DNA of 64,000 bases, taken from assembly GCA_964016885.1 (NCBI GenBank), contig OZ024741.1, positions 145,080,001 to 145,144,000 of the forward strand, read 5' to 3'. The stretch is from Eledone cirrhosa (lineage: Eukaryota). This document shows positions 12,775-26,455 of this stretch, in pieces. How positions within the stretch are numbered: the stretch's first letter is position 1; every line of letters starts with the position of its first letter. The translations under genes and the position numbers were made by a program. The notes beneath the pieces are model-generated. The model was not told where the DNA came from and made no database searches. It worked only from the letters and a program-made list of their open reading frames with translations.

Positions 12775-13132
12775 GGAGGTGAGTTTTATTGTAGCACAAT
12801 AAAGCAATGCAAATATCGAATAAGTAACACTCTACAGTTTGTAGGACTGGCGTATAAATAATATAAGATCGAAAGATGGTTAAAAGAGTTCCAAGTATTT
12901 TATTATGCGCATTTCAAAAACAAATATCATCATGGGATGATATCTGCGTTTTCATCAGATAAAAAATATATATATGTTGATTTAAAACTTCACTATTCAC
13001 AAGTGTTTTTTAAGCTTCATATCATCTGATGAAAACGCAGATATCATCCCATGATGATATTTGTTTTTGAAATGCGCATAATAACTCTTTTAACTCTTGG
13101 AACTCTTTTAACCATCTTTCGATCTTATATTA
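12772..13132. mobile_element. Head-to-head PLE-like repeat (family B), arms about 100 bp
   Basis: 12859-12960 mirrors 13024-13132; same family at 50464-50672. Confidence 0.78.
12898..12964 (-). ncRNA. Type I hammerhead ribozyme (family B)
   Basis: Reverse complement TTTTAT-CTGATGA-AAACGCAGATATCAT CCCATG ATGATATTTGTTTTT-GAAA-TGCGCA-TA-ATAAAA; palindromic stem III ATGCGCAT. Confidence 0.8.
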
Positions 13133-13142
13133 TATATATGTG

Positions 13143-13477
13143 GAGGCACATGGCTTAGTGGTTAGAGCATTGGCCTTGCAATCGAAAGGTTGTGAATTCA
13201 ATTCTCAGACCGGGTGATGTGTTGTTTCCTTGAGCAAGATACTTTATTTAACATTGCTCCAGTTTCCTCAGCTGTAGAAATGAGATGATAGGGACTGGGG
13301 TCCCTATCATTCCACTGCAAAGTGGTCGTGGAGGTGCCACGGCAAAAACGCACCCAGCACTCACTGTAAATGAGGTTGGTGTTAGGAAGGGCATCCAGCT
13401 GTATAAATCAAGCCAGAATCAGTTCCCGTCCCACCCTTGCAAGCAGGGAAAAAGCGGACGTAAAATGAAATGATGAT
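13143..13477 (+). mobile_element. SINE family B, full length
   Basis: A-box TGGCTTAGTGG, B-box-like GAATTCAATTCTC, RTE-like tail ending GGACGTAAAATGAAATGATGAT. Confidence 0.87.
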
Positions 13478-13906
13478 ATATATATGTGTGTGTGTTTGAA
13501 CAAAACCATACATAGAGCAAATACTTTGACATGTCATAACATTATTAATTATGGTATGAAAATGAATCAAAGAAAGTTGATGCCATCCTGATTCTGACCT
13601 GCTTCTTTGTAGCTATTCTATCAATGTTTATTGCATACGGCAATTTAATTTCCTTCAAAGAACTCGTGATTCAGGTGTAAATTCATCTAATTAAGCTTTT
13701 CCTTTTCATTGCTACTGATCTCCAGTGCATCATACTTTGTTGTTTTGGGTTTCAGGCAATATAACCCCAGCAGATTTATTCAAAAACTTGTACATTTACT
13801 GCTGAGGAGCACAAGAAAATCTAATGAAAATCTTGTCAGAGTCAGGAAAAAGAATGTGAGAAAAAATAAAGCAGAAAAAAAGAAAAAAAGGAGATAACTT
13901 TTATTT

Positions 13907-13911
<5 letters not shown>

Positions 13912-13957
<46 letters not shown>

Positions 13958-14274
13958 ATGTGCGTGCGCGTGTGTGTGTGTGTACGCGTGTGTATGTGTG
14001 TGTGTGTATATATATGTGCGTGTGTGTGTGCATATATATATATATATATATACACATATATATATACATATATATACATACATATATATATATATATACA
14101 CATATATACATATATGTATACACATATATACATATATATATGCACAAACATATATATGCAGAAACATATATATATATATATATACATGCATACATATATA
14201 TATGCACATATATATATATATATACATACATACATATATATATATGCACATACATATATATATATATGTTCATA

Positions 14275-14323
<49 letters not shown>

Positions 14324-14388
14324 ATATATATATATAAACATACAAACAAACATACACTTATATATATATGTGTATACATATGTGTGTA
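13912..14388. repeat. (TA)/(TG)/(CA) compound microsatellite
   Basis: Direct. Confidence 0.95.
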
Positions 14389-14968
14389 CAGGGCGTAGGG
14401 GAGTTATATTCTTTACTTGTTTAATTTCCTAATAAAGTGTGTCTAATTATACTGCAGTGAATGCTTCTTTATATAATTTATCATTTATTTTTTCTTTTAA
14501 ATTCAGTTATATCCTAGGGCATATCATTTTTCCCTTCATTAAAGTTTTCTTTTTCTTTTCATAAATTGACTTTTTACTGGTTTTTATGATACCAACTCAA
14601 TGTTCTTACAAACTTTTAAATAATTTTCTTCATGTTTATTATTACTAATGTTTGAAATTTCTTTTGAAGATGAAGCAAATGTGTTTTAGGAAGAGACTTT
14701 TATTCTTTTGGTTTGCTTCTTCATTTCTTTTTTGTTATTCATCTAAAGATGCTTAGAATATTCCAAATTGCTTAAAATGAATTCACAACCAATGTTTTTT
14801 CTCTCTCTTTCTCTTGGGTAAAATATGTTATCTATTCATATACATATTTATTTAACATCTGTTCAACAACATTGATATATTTTTTCTGTCTTTAATACTC
14901 AATTTTATTATTTATCCTTGACTGCATAAGATAAAGTATTAAACAAATAATTGGAAGATTACACACAT

Positions 14969-15033
<65 letters not shown>

Positions 15034-15419
15034 TAATAAATAGTGTTGATTTATCTTGATATATGAAGTAAAATATATAACACCTGCTTAGTTTCTTATT
15101 AGTATATATGATAGCTGTCAGAATGTTTAGTTTAAACCATTCAGGACCATATATTTAATGAAAAACAACTGTCCCTGTTATGATTAATTTTGAAAACAAT
15201 CAAGAGTTTGAAATTTTAAGCAAAGTAATTAATTTATTCATTTATTTGTAACTAAAAAAACAAGAATATACTTCTTGGCAATACTCCCACAATTTCTCAA
15301 ATACCTGCCGCAGTGTCAATATTTGGTCGGCTGTGCTGCATCCAGGGCAAAAACTATATCAGCTAGCTTGGACTTGACAATCTCCCTGCATCTCTTTGCC
15401 AGACACTTAGCTTAGACTT

Positions 15420-15505
15420 TGAGACGGTTGCTTCTGACAGGACCCGCTGGAAGGAGTGTTTGATCCCCACGCCCCTCTCAGGAGTAAGTGGGCAAAGAAG
15501 AAGAT
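15420..15505 (+). mobile_element. Old RTE-like 3' end (family also at about 57410-57570, 60595-60860, 61880-62105)
   Basis: Shared GGTTGCTTCTGACAGGACC.GCTGGAAGGAGTGTTTG...CCCTCTCAGGA.TAAG. Confidence 0.55.
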
Positions 15506-15596
15506 TTATTTGTAACTAAGGATTTTTATATAAATTGTTATAGAATGTTTTAGTTTAAATATGAACACTTTAAAATAGGTGGTTTTTATATTACAT

Positions 15597-18500
15597 AAAA
15601 GGTCGCTCTAACGAGGTTGTAGAGATGCTTGAACGTAAGGAGGTCGATGTTTGTTGTATTCAAGAGATCAGGTGGAGCGGTGGGTCTGCTATATTCATTG
15701 TGGGTAAAAAACGATGCTATAAGCTTTTCTGGGTGGGAAATGACAATGGACTGGGTGGAGTAGGAATCATGCTAGCAGAAAAAGGGGTAGATAAGATAAG
15801 CTAACGTAAATAGAGTGAACGACAGAATAATTAAAATAAAACTTGTCCTCAATAGAACTACTGTGACAATAATATCTGCATATGCACCACAATCCGGACT
15901 GCCTGGCATTATAAAAGACAGATTCTATGAGTCTTTAATGCTCATTACCTCCCAAATAACCTACAGTGACTATATAATTATTGCTGGCGACCTAAATGGT
16001 CACGTGGGACAACACTGTGACGGCTAAGATGGAATCCATGGAGGCTATGGGTTTGGTACTAGAAATGAGGAAGGCTCCAGAATCCTGGAATTCTGTGATG
16101 CAAATAATCTAACTATTTGTAACACAAACTTCAAAAAACGAGACAATCACTTGATCACCTATAGATCGGGGGAACACGCCAGTCAGATAGATTATATCCT
16201 TACCAGAAGACGAGACAGAGTGTTTGTTGTAAACACTAAATCCCTCCCCCATCAAGAATGCACCTCCCAACAGAGCATCATAGTTAACGACCTCATAGTC
16301 AGGACGAGACATATTCAACAACAGAGGAGGACTATCCTTAGGAGAAAAATATGAAAGTTAAAGGACCCCACAGCCAGTAATAAATTTAAAAGCATATTAC
16401 TTGATGCTTTTGACAGTAAGGAAGAGCAATTAGAGTCGTACAATATAGAGGAACAGTGGGAATTCCTGAAAGCTAACCTGCTGAAGGCGACAGATGAAAT
16501 CTGTGGCTGGAGCAGACCTATAGACAAGATGAGAGTAACTTGGTGGTGGAAAAGTAAGGCGGAGGAGTCGATCAAGGCCAAAAAGCAGGCTTGGAAAGTA
16601 TGGCGGGATGGGGGAAGTAGAGAAGACTATCAAGTGGCCAGGAGGGAAGCTAGGAGACAAGTGTACTTCACAAGAAGGGAAGCAGACAAGTGTACTTCAC
16701 AAGAAAGTTCAAGCATGTAGAACGCGAGGACCAAAAATGTGAAGTGTTCAGGATTGCTAGACAATGTGTCAAGGAGAACTGTGATATTGTCGGGGAGAAG
16801 TGTGTCCATAATGATGATGGTGTACTTGCCATCACTGACGCTGATAAGAAGATAGCTTGGAAGTGTCACTACGAAAGGCTACTAAATGAGGAGAATAAAT
16901 GGGAGAAAGATAGTCTGCCCCAAATCGATCCAATAGAAGGACCAGCGGTGCAAGTTGAAGGTAGTATAATAAGTAAGGCAATCAAAGATATGAAGATGGG
17001 CAAGGCGGCTGGGCCTTCGGAAATAGTTGCTGAAATGCTGAAAGCATCTGGAATGGTGGGACGCACTATGGTCACCCGGATAGTAAACCAAGTTATACAG
17101 AATGGCGTCGTACCAAAGGACTGGCATAGCAGCATCATCATTAACTGCTACAAGGGTAAAAGAGATGCCCTAGATAGGGGAAACTATAGAGGCATTAAAT
17201 TAATTGACCTGGTCATGAAGGTCACAGAAAAAGTAATAGCGCAACTAAAAAGTAATAGCGCAACTAATCAGAAAGCGAATTGATCTAGATGAAATGCAAT
17301 TCGGGTTTGTGTCAGGTAAAAGTACCACAGACACTCTTTTCATTGTACGACAACTACAGGAGAAGTACCTAGCTAAAAGTAAACCCCTCAACTTAGCTTT
17401 TGTAGACCTGGAGAAACCCTTTGACAGAGTCCCCCGCTCCATTATCTGGTGGGCTCTTAGAAAACTAGGTGTAGATGAATGGCTTGTGAGAGCTACACAA
17501 GCCATGTATGAAGAAACAGTCAGCAAGGTTAGAATTAACAACGAATATATTGAAGAGTTTAGCGTAAAAGTTGGTGTTCATCAGGGCTCCGTCCTTAGCC
17601 CCCTCCTATTTATTATCGCCCTGCAAGCTATAATGGAGGAGTTCAAGACCAGCTGCCCATGGGAATTTCTATACGCAGATGATCTAACGCTCATAGCCGA
17701 ATGAATGGCTGAACTAGAGAAGAAATTCCAAACATGGAAGCATGGCCTAGAATCAAAAGGCATTAAAGTTAACTTGTTTAAGACTAAAGTCCTAATATGT
17801 AGGAAGGAGAAGAGAGCACTGGTCCCATCTGGGAAATGGCCATGCTCAGTGTGTAGGAAAGGAGTAGGCAGAAACTCCATTTTATGTCCCAAATGCAAAG
17901 TGTGGGTGCATAAAAGATGTAGTGCGATCACAGGTAAGCTAACATAGAATATAGATTTTATATGTGGCCAGTTCTCTGGTGCAATAAATAGCAGCAAATG
18001 CCCACAGAATACTAGCTCATTCCATTGCCCAGATGGTTCTATAGAAATAGTGGACACCTTCCGTTACCTGGGTGGCAAAATCAGCAGTGGTGGAGGGTAC
18101 TCAGAAAGTACTGTAGCTAGAGTCAGAACGGGATGGAAAAAGTTCAGAGAGCTTATACCACTATTGGCCGCTAAAGGTTTCTCTCTAAAAATAAAAGGCA
18201 GGCTGTATGATGTCTGCATACGAACAGCGATGTTACATGTCAGTGAGACATGGGACTTGTGTGCAGAGGATCTATGCAGACTGGAGAGGAACGAAGCTTG
18301 CATGCTCCGTTGGATGTGAAATAGTAATATATGTGAACAGCAAAGCATAAATGAACTAAGTGAGAAATAGGAATAAGAGGGATCAGATGCTGTTTACTCG
18401 AGAGAAGACTACGTTGGTATGGTCATGTGATGCGCATGAAAGATGACAGCTGTATAAAAAAGTGCAGGGCGATCAAAATAGACGGTAGCTACGGAGTAGG

Positions 18501-19010
18501 CAGACACAGAAAAACCTGGGATGACTTGATAAATTCCGACCTTACACACTTACAACTCTCCAAGACAATGTCACTGGACCGAGATCTTTGGCGCTACACA
18601 GTAATACAGAAGACCCACCTTGCCTAAGTACAAAGTGAAGCCTACAGTCAGTAGGCACCACTTAACCGAAATACACCCCCATCCCACTACCCCTACCCCC
18701 ACCGCCATCTACACCACTCCTTTCGATGTAAATCTATGTTGGTACCACAACATCCAGTCCTAAATAAAAGAGGTTGTGTAGGTGTCACAACAAAAAAACA
18801 CACAGTCCACGTTGTAATGTGGCTGTGTAGGTAAAAACCTCCCAGTCCACACTAAATGTGGTTAGTGTTAGGAAGGGCATCCAGCCATAGAAAACCTGCC
18901 AGACAGTCCTGAGCAAGACAACCAATCTTGCCTCAAGTGGGACAATTCCCGTCCAGACCCATGCTAGCATGGTAGATGGACGTTAAACGATGATGATGAT
19001 GATGATGATG
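15597..19010 (+). mobile_element. RTE-clade LINE, near full length, multiple stops/frameshifts
   Basis: APE motifs (SAYAPQ, GDLNGHVG, SQIDYIL), RT (FLYADDL), PHD-like finger, 3'UTR and (GAT)n. Confidence 0.95.
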
Positions 19011-19789
19011 ACTCCCTTGGATGATAGACTTAATTCATTGCACAGTTTAACACCACCTCCTACTCTTAGGGTAGTAGACCTAATTTACTGCTCAGTTTAA
19101 CTTTACTTTTAGCAGAACCCACTCTCTTGCAAGTCCCTGGATCCAAGCCTTTGGTTTGCAGATCCCTTCTTCCATTCCATAAATCATAGGTCCTAGAAAG
19201 GGTCATAGGCATTGGCCCTTCCCTCCACAACTAAACAGTACAAAAATAAATTAGGTGAGAATGAAAAGGACTAAACTAATATTATGCAAGTAAATGAGTT
19301 CCTAATAACTGAGAAGTCCACTGTTCATGTTTGATCAAAATTAACTCTCAACTGACTCATTCAATTGAGTTATTATATAGTTACTTTGGATTGATGTATT
19401 TCATTTTGTAAGTAACATAGACACTGCATATGCGATGAGTATTTTTATTGTGATTGCATAGAAACAAGTTTTGAATGTTAGGATGGATATAGCTTGAAGA
19501 TGAATCACACACCTCTACAAACTAAACAATTCTTACCTAGCACCACAACACCTGCCTCTGTACTTCGCACAGCCTGAAAGCTCTTCTCCCTCATAAACTG
19601 CAGTTAATCCATTCAGTCTTTTACCAAAAAGATCCCTAGAATCTCTATATTATGTACACTATGTAAATCTTGGGTATGCAAAAGACAGACTAACAGAAAA
19701 AGTAGACTTTGTATGTGGTAGATGCACAGGGATAGTTAGTTGTAAGAACATCAGGGTTCTAGCGATTTGAGATGGGCTCTCACCACATC

Positions 19790-20937
19790 TGCCCATGTCT
19801 TCCATGGTCTACCACAGCTGTGGTTTCCTTGCACTGGGATTTCTTGCCTCTTCTACACCCAGGGATCGTCATACATGTCTGTACCAACACAGTCATCTCT
19901 GTTGCACATCATCTAGGATTCCTCTGCAACCTTTAGTTCATTCAAGTTCTGTGTTTCTCTCATATTTACATTACAAATCCAACAAAGGATGGTTGCTTCA
20001 TTTCTCTCCAGCCTATGCATGTCCTTTGCAGTCACTGCCCCTTCTTCACATCTATACTGCATTGTACTTTGCACACACGTGTCAATCAACCACCATTTTG
20101 TACTAAGGGAGAAACCTTTTGATGTCAATAGTGGGAGAAGTTCTCTAAACTTCTTCTATCCAATCCTTATTCTAACCATTATGCTCTCAGAGCATCTGCC
20201 TCCATTGTTAATTAAGTCACCCAGATAGCAGAAGTTATCAACCACTTCTACAGATCCTTCCTGTGACTGGAAAAGGTTTATTTCACAGATGATCTTCCCC
20301 TTAATTACTCCTGTACTTCTATATACAAAGTCTTCCCTTCCTCTTAGTCTACCTGTTATTCCACTACATCACTCATGTACCCAAGATTTACATTGTGTAT
20401 ATCTTATAGAGTTTATGCCTACTTCTTTTCTACATATTGAGTAGGGCCATTTCTCTGAAGGAATCAGGGTCCTATCTTCTTTCCTACTTACTAGCATTTT
20501 AATTTTGGCTAAGTTTACTATCAGACCTTTTGAATCCAAATTCTATTTCCATAGTCAGAACCTATTCTCTAGTTCTTTTATTAGTTCAGCTATAATGAGC
20601 AGATCATCCATATAGAGAAGTTCCTATGGACAGCCAGTCTTAAACCACTCTGTTATGGCCTGGAGAACTAAGATGAGTAGCAGTGGGCTAAGAACCAAGC
20701 CCTTGATGAACTCCTACCTGTACCATGAATCCCTCACTAGACTCTCTTCTTATTCTCACTTTACTTATATCTATTTATGGCTTACACTGCTCTTATAAGC
20801 CATTCTTCTACACTTAGTTTCCTTAAAGACCACCAGATGACCAATTGGGGTACTCTGTTAAAGGCCTTTTCTAGATCAACAAAAGCTAAATATAGTGACT
20901 TATCTTTGGTTAAAAGTTTCCCTTGTAGTTGCCTCCC
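19790..20937 (-). mobile_element. Older diverged RTE LINE fragment
   Basis: ORFs 20782..21018 (LYLAFVDLEKAFNRVP) and 19913..20128. Confidence 0.8.
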
Positions 20938-20939
20938 TA

Positions 20940-21650
20940 AATATATATATATATGAATGTATATATAGTGTATTTTGCAATACACTGTATGCTTAATTAA
21001 AAGCATTTTGAAGACCATACGCTATTGTTTTAAAATAGTGACAATGTCACTTATTTATATTTTCAGCAAACAGGGGAGATAAACTGACAGACCTCTGTTT
21101 CGTACTTTTTGGTATTTATCAAAGTTCACTACCCCTCCTGTCTGCTGAAAATTAGAATTCCAGTAATAATCAGGAACTAAGTGACATTGTCACTATTTTA
21201 AAATAATAGCGTATGGTCTTCAAAATGCTTTTAATTAAGCATACAGTGTATTGCAAAATACACTATATATACATTCATATATATATCGCTATTTCAGAGC
21301 ACCAATTCTAATTTTCAATTTCTGATAGAAAGGCGACTGCTCTGTATAATCAGTTCCTGGAATTCTATAAGAATCCAACACAACTGGAATTCTATAAGAA
21401 TCCAACACACATAATTTTCAGCAGACAGGAGGGGGTAGTGAACTTTGATAAGTACCAAAAAGTACGAAACAGAGCTCTGTCAGTTTATCTCCCCTGTTTG
21501 CTGAAAATTTAAATAAGTAACATTGTCACTATTTTAAAACCATAGCATATGGTCTTCAAAATATTTCTAATTAAGCATACAGTGTATTGCAAAAATACAC
21601 TATATATACATACATATATATATATCGCTATTTCAGAGCACCAATTCTAA
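20940..21650. mobile_element. PLE-like inverted plus partial-tandem terminal repeats (family G)
   Basis: Minus copy 20940-21155, partial plus copy about 21178-21320, second plus copy about 21410-21650; both plus copies end CGCTATTTCAGAGCACCAATTCTAA. Confidence 0.8.
21413..21509 (+). ncRNA. Type I hammerhead ribozyme, U3-A8 core variant, long stem I (mirror about 21059-21153 minus)
   Basis: GTGAACT-TTGATAA-GTAC CAAAAA GTAC-GAAAC-AGAGCTCT-GTC-AGTTTAT. Confidence 0.75.
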
Positions 21651-24498
21651 ACATCATCATCATCGTTTAACGTCCATTTTCCACGTTAGCATGGGTCTGG
21701 ACGGGAATTGTCCCACTTGGGGCAAGATTAGTTGTCTTGCTCAGGACTGTCTGGCGGGTTTTCTACGGCTGGATGCCCAACCAGGTTTACAGTGTGGACT
21801 GGGAGGTTTTTAGCGTGTTACCTACACAGCCACATTACAGCATGGACTATGTGTTTTATTGTTGTGACACCTACACAACCTCATTTGTTTCGGACTGGAT
21901 GTTGTGGTACCAACATAACTTCACATTTAAGGGGGTGTTGTCGATGGGGTGGGGGTAGTGGGACGGGGGTGTATTTTGTTAGAGGTGCCTACTGACTGTA
22001 GGTTTCGCTTTGTACTTAAGCAAGGCGGGTCTTCTGTATAACTGTGTAGCGCCAAAGATCTCGGTCCAGTGACATTGTCTTGGAGAGGTGTAAGCGTGTG
22101 AAGTCGGAATTTATCAAGTCGTCCCAGGTTTTTCTGGGTCTGCCTACTCCGTGGCTACCATCTATTTTTATCGCCCTGCACTTTTTTATACAGCTGTCGT
22201 CTTTCATGCGCATCATGTGACCGTACCAACGTAGTCTTCTCTCGAGTAAACAACATCTGATCCCTCTTATTCCTAATTTCTCCCTTAGTTCGTTTATGCT
22301 TTGCCGTTCACGTATATTACTATTACACATCCAGCGGAGCATGCAAGCTTCGTTTCTCTCCAGTCTGCGTATATCCTCTGCACACAATACTCAGGTCTCA
22401 CTGCCATGTAACATTGCTGTTCGTATGCAGGCATCATACAGCCTGCCTTTCATTTTTAGAGAGAACCCTTTAGCGGCCAATAGTGGTATAAGCTCTCTAA
22501 ACTTTTTTCATCCCGTTCTGGCTCTAGCTACTGTACTTTCAGAGCACCCTCCCCCACTGCTGATTTTGACACCCAGGTAACGGAAGCTGTCCACTATTTC
22601 TATAGAACCAACTGTGCAATGGAATGAGCTAGTATTCTGTGGGCACTTGCTGCTACTTATTGCACCAGACCACCGGCCACATATAAAATCTATATTCTTA
22701 GTTAGCATACCTGTGATCCCACTACATCTTTTATGCACCCATACTTTGCATTTGGGACATAAAATGGAGTTTCTGCCTACTCCTTTCCTACACACTGAGC
22801 ATGGCCATTTCCCAGATGGGACTGGTGCCCTATTTTCCTTCCTACAAACTAGAACTTTAGTCTTAGACAAGTTAACTTTAAGGCCTTTTGATTCTAGGCC
22901 ATGCTTCCATGTTTGGAATTTCTTCTCTAGTTCCGCCATTGATTCAGCTATGAGCGTTAGATCATCTGCGTATAGGAGTTCCCATGGGCAGCCGGTCTTG
23001 AACTCCTCTGTTATAGCCTGAAGGGCAATAATAAATAGTAGGGGGCTAAGGACGGAGCCTTGATGAACACCAACTTTTACGCTAAACTCTTCACTATATT
23101 CGTTGTTAATTCTAACCTTGCTGACTGTTTCTTTATACATGGCTTGTATAGCTCTCACAAGCCATTCATCAACACCTAGTTTTCTAAGGGCCCACCAAGG
23201 CTTTCTCCAAGTCAACAAAGGCTAAGTATAGGGGTTTACTTTTAGCTAGGTACTTCTCCTGTAGTTGTACAATGAAGAGAGCGTCTGTTGTACTTTTACC
23301 TGACACAAACCCGAACTGCATTTCGTCTAGATCAATTCGCTCTATGATTAGTTGCGCTATTACTTTTTCTGTGACCTTCATGACCTGGTCAATTAATTTA
23401 ATGCCTCTATAGTTTCCCCTATCTAGGGCATCACCTTTACCCTTGTAGCAGTTAATGATGATGCTGCTATGCCAGTCCTTTGGTACGACCCCATTCTGTA
23501 TGACTTGGTTTACTATCCGAGTGACCATAGTGTGTCCCACCGTTCCAGATGCTTTCAGCATTTCAGCAACTATTTCCGAAGGCCCGGCTGCGTTGCCTGT
23601 CTTCATGTCTTTGATCGCCTTACTTATTATACTACCTTCAACTTGCACTGCTGGTCCCTCTATTGGGTCGATGTGGGGGAGACTGTCTTTCTCCCAATTA
23701 TTCTCCTCATTTAATAGCCTTTCGTAATGACACTTCCAAGCTACCTTCTTATCAGCGTCAGTGATGGCAAGTACACCATCATCATTAAGGACACACTTCT
23801 CCCTGACAATATCACTGTTTTCCTTGATACATTGCCTAGCAATTCTGAACACCTCATGTTTTTGGTCTTCGCGTTGTAGAACTTGCTTGAACTTTCTTTC
23901 CTCTGCTTCCCTTCTTGCAAAATACACTTGTCTCCTAGCTTCCGTCCTGGCCACTTGATAGTCTTCTCTACTTCCCCCATCCCGCCATGCTTTCCAAGCC
24001 TGCTTTTTGGCCTTGATTGACCCCTCCACCTTACTTTTCCACCACCAAGTTACTCTCCTCCTGCCTATAGGTCTGCTCCAGCCACAGGTTTCATCTGTCG
24101 CCTTCAGCAGGTTAGCTTTCAGGAATTCCCACTGTTCCTCTATATTGTACGACTCTAATTGCTCTTCCTTACTATCAAAAGCATCAAGTAATATGCTTTT
24201 AAATTTATTACTGGCTGTGGAGTCTTTTAACTTCCATATTTTCTCCTGAGGATAGTCCCCTTCTGTTGTCGAGTACGTCTCGTCCTGACTATGAGTTGGC
24301 TAATTATGAGTCTATGATGAGAGGTGCATTCTTGATGGGGGAGGGATTTAGTGTTTACAACAGACACTCTGTCACGTCTCCTGGTAAGGATATAATCTAC
24401 CTGGCTTGTGTGTTCCCCCGATCTATAGGTGATCAAATGATTGTCTCGTTTTTTGAAGTTAGTGTTACAGATAGTTAGGTTATTTGCGTCACAGAATT

Positions 24499-24500
<2 letters not shown>
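21651..24500 (-). mobile_element. RTE-clade LINE, 5'-truncated in APE
   Basis: ORFs 24227..24538, 23184..24029, 22508..23218, 22016..22387; 3'UTR. Confidence 0.95.
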
Positions 24501-24534
<34 letters not shown>

Positions 24535-25639
24535 ACAAATGTTCTGTTTATCAAATTCTATTGCCAAAGTATTGGTCAATCTGAGCCTGTTATAGAAGAT
24601 ATATGGTCAAAGTGTTATGCTATGGGTCTGAACTTTCAACCAAATATTTTCCTATTCACACAAGCTATACTATTTGTTTATGTATGCTTGTGCATTTGTG
24701 TCTATTTTTTGTTTAAATACACACACAAAAGCAGATGTAAAAATAATGGTGATGATGAAATACACACACATACTTAATTTATATTATATATTATATACAT
24801 TATATACATATATACATCTGTACATCCATTATATATTATCTATATTATATACATACATGCATACATTCCTATGTTATATATCTTACACATTATATATGCA
24901 CATATACACATATTTACATGATATTTCATAAACATTATATACATACACATACATTTATATATTATATACATTGCATGCATACATACATTATATATTAAGC
25001 ACACAGACACATACATAGTTCCTTTTACACATTATATATTTGTAAAGAAACAATTTAATAAAAACCACAAAGTCTGCTGATGGGAATAACACAACTTATA
25101 CAAAAGGAACATGAATTGAATGGGAAATAAAAACAGTGGAACTGTTTCCATATGATTAAATTCAACTGAAAATGAATTCAGATATTTCCAGAAATACACA
25201 GTATTCAATAAATGTGCTGAAGATACAAACTAGTTGATTTTATCTTTGCACAATTTCTCTGGTTTTCAAAATGTCACATACACTTTAAACACCATGTGAA
25301 ATACAGCAATCAACATAATAACAATCAGTCACACCAGCAGCAGCACCACAATACCAACAATAAAAATAACAGTATCAATAATAAAAATGATAACAGAATC
25401 AACAAAGGAAATTAATTTAAAAAATACATAAAGATTTATTTAAAATAGAATTGCTATTGAAATTTTCTTCCCTGCTTCTATCAAAATAGTAATGATATAT
25501 TGTTCAAGTAGTATTATTAAAATAGTTTGATATTTTAAATCTTGTAGATAAGTAAACAAGTAATTAATTTATTATTTGTATTAAATGAGAACAAGTTTGA
25601 AATATAGAAATAGAGAAGTGGTAGGTATGATTTTTCCAG

Positions 25640-25782
25640 TGGAAAACTATGGAAGACCTGGGCCAAAGTGGTGAGAGATGATCTCAAGACATTGAACCTT
25701 ACAGAGCAGATGGAAAATTATGGAAGATCTGGGCCAAATTGGTGAAAGCTCATCTCAAAACATTGATCCTTACAGAGCAGAT
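25640..25782 (+). repeat. About 70-bp tandem duplication in an old RTE 3' fragment
   Basis: TGGAAAA.TATGGAAGA.CTGGGCCAAA...CCTTACAGAGCAGATG twice. Confidence 0.6.
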
Positions 25783-25964
25783 GAGAAAGAAACACAAGTG
25801 GATGGAGGCTTCAGTGGATAAAACTTGTCTAACCCATGCAAGCAGGGAAAAGCAGACATAAAATAATGATTGCTGATGATGATATTATTAGGATTTCACA
25901 AGATGATGTTTTTTTTCTTGAAAGTCCCAAACAAGAGAAAGTTCAACAGAGCACTTCTTGTGGT

Positions 25965-26148
25965 AATAATTGTTTCTACCTTTTGGCACAAGGCCAGCAA
26001 TTACCCAGCGCATTACTGGTACTTTATTTTATCGACCCCGTAATGATGAAAGGCAAAGTTAATCTCGGCGGGATTTGAACTCAGAATGGCAAGGGCCGTA
26101 ACTCTATGCATCAGAGCATGGCGTCCGACCCTCTACTGATACTGCCAA
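25965..26148 (-). mobile_element. SINE family A
   Basis: Reverse complement of family A; flanking TGGTAATAAT repeat (TSD). Confidence 0.85.
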
Positions 26149-26455
26149 TATGGTAATAATGATAGAAAGACTAAAACTAGTGACACCACATAGATGTGAC
26201 AATGGTTGCAGTGTTGAAGCAAGTGAGGGACCAATCAAATGTTTGACTGGCAAAATTGGTGAAGTGGTTGAAGAAATATCTCACAATACATAATTACATT
26301 TTTAAGACTCTAGGGAGCTGAACAAAATGCCATGTTGTGTTTAGGCATGCCTTGTTATATTCTGAGTTCATCAACTTTGTTTTTGAGCCTTCCAGATTTC
26401 ATGAGATAAAGTATCATTTATGTGCTGGGGTTCAGACTTTCTGCTAAATCTAGAT

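Noticed and set aside
13143-13215. tRNA gene-like A/B boxes
   Set aside because: SINE heads continuing into SINE body; no proper cloverleaf or terminator
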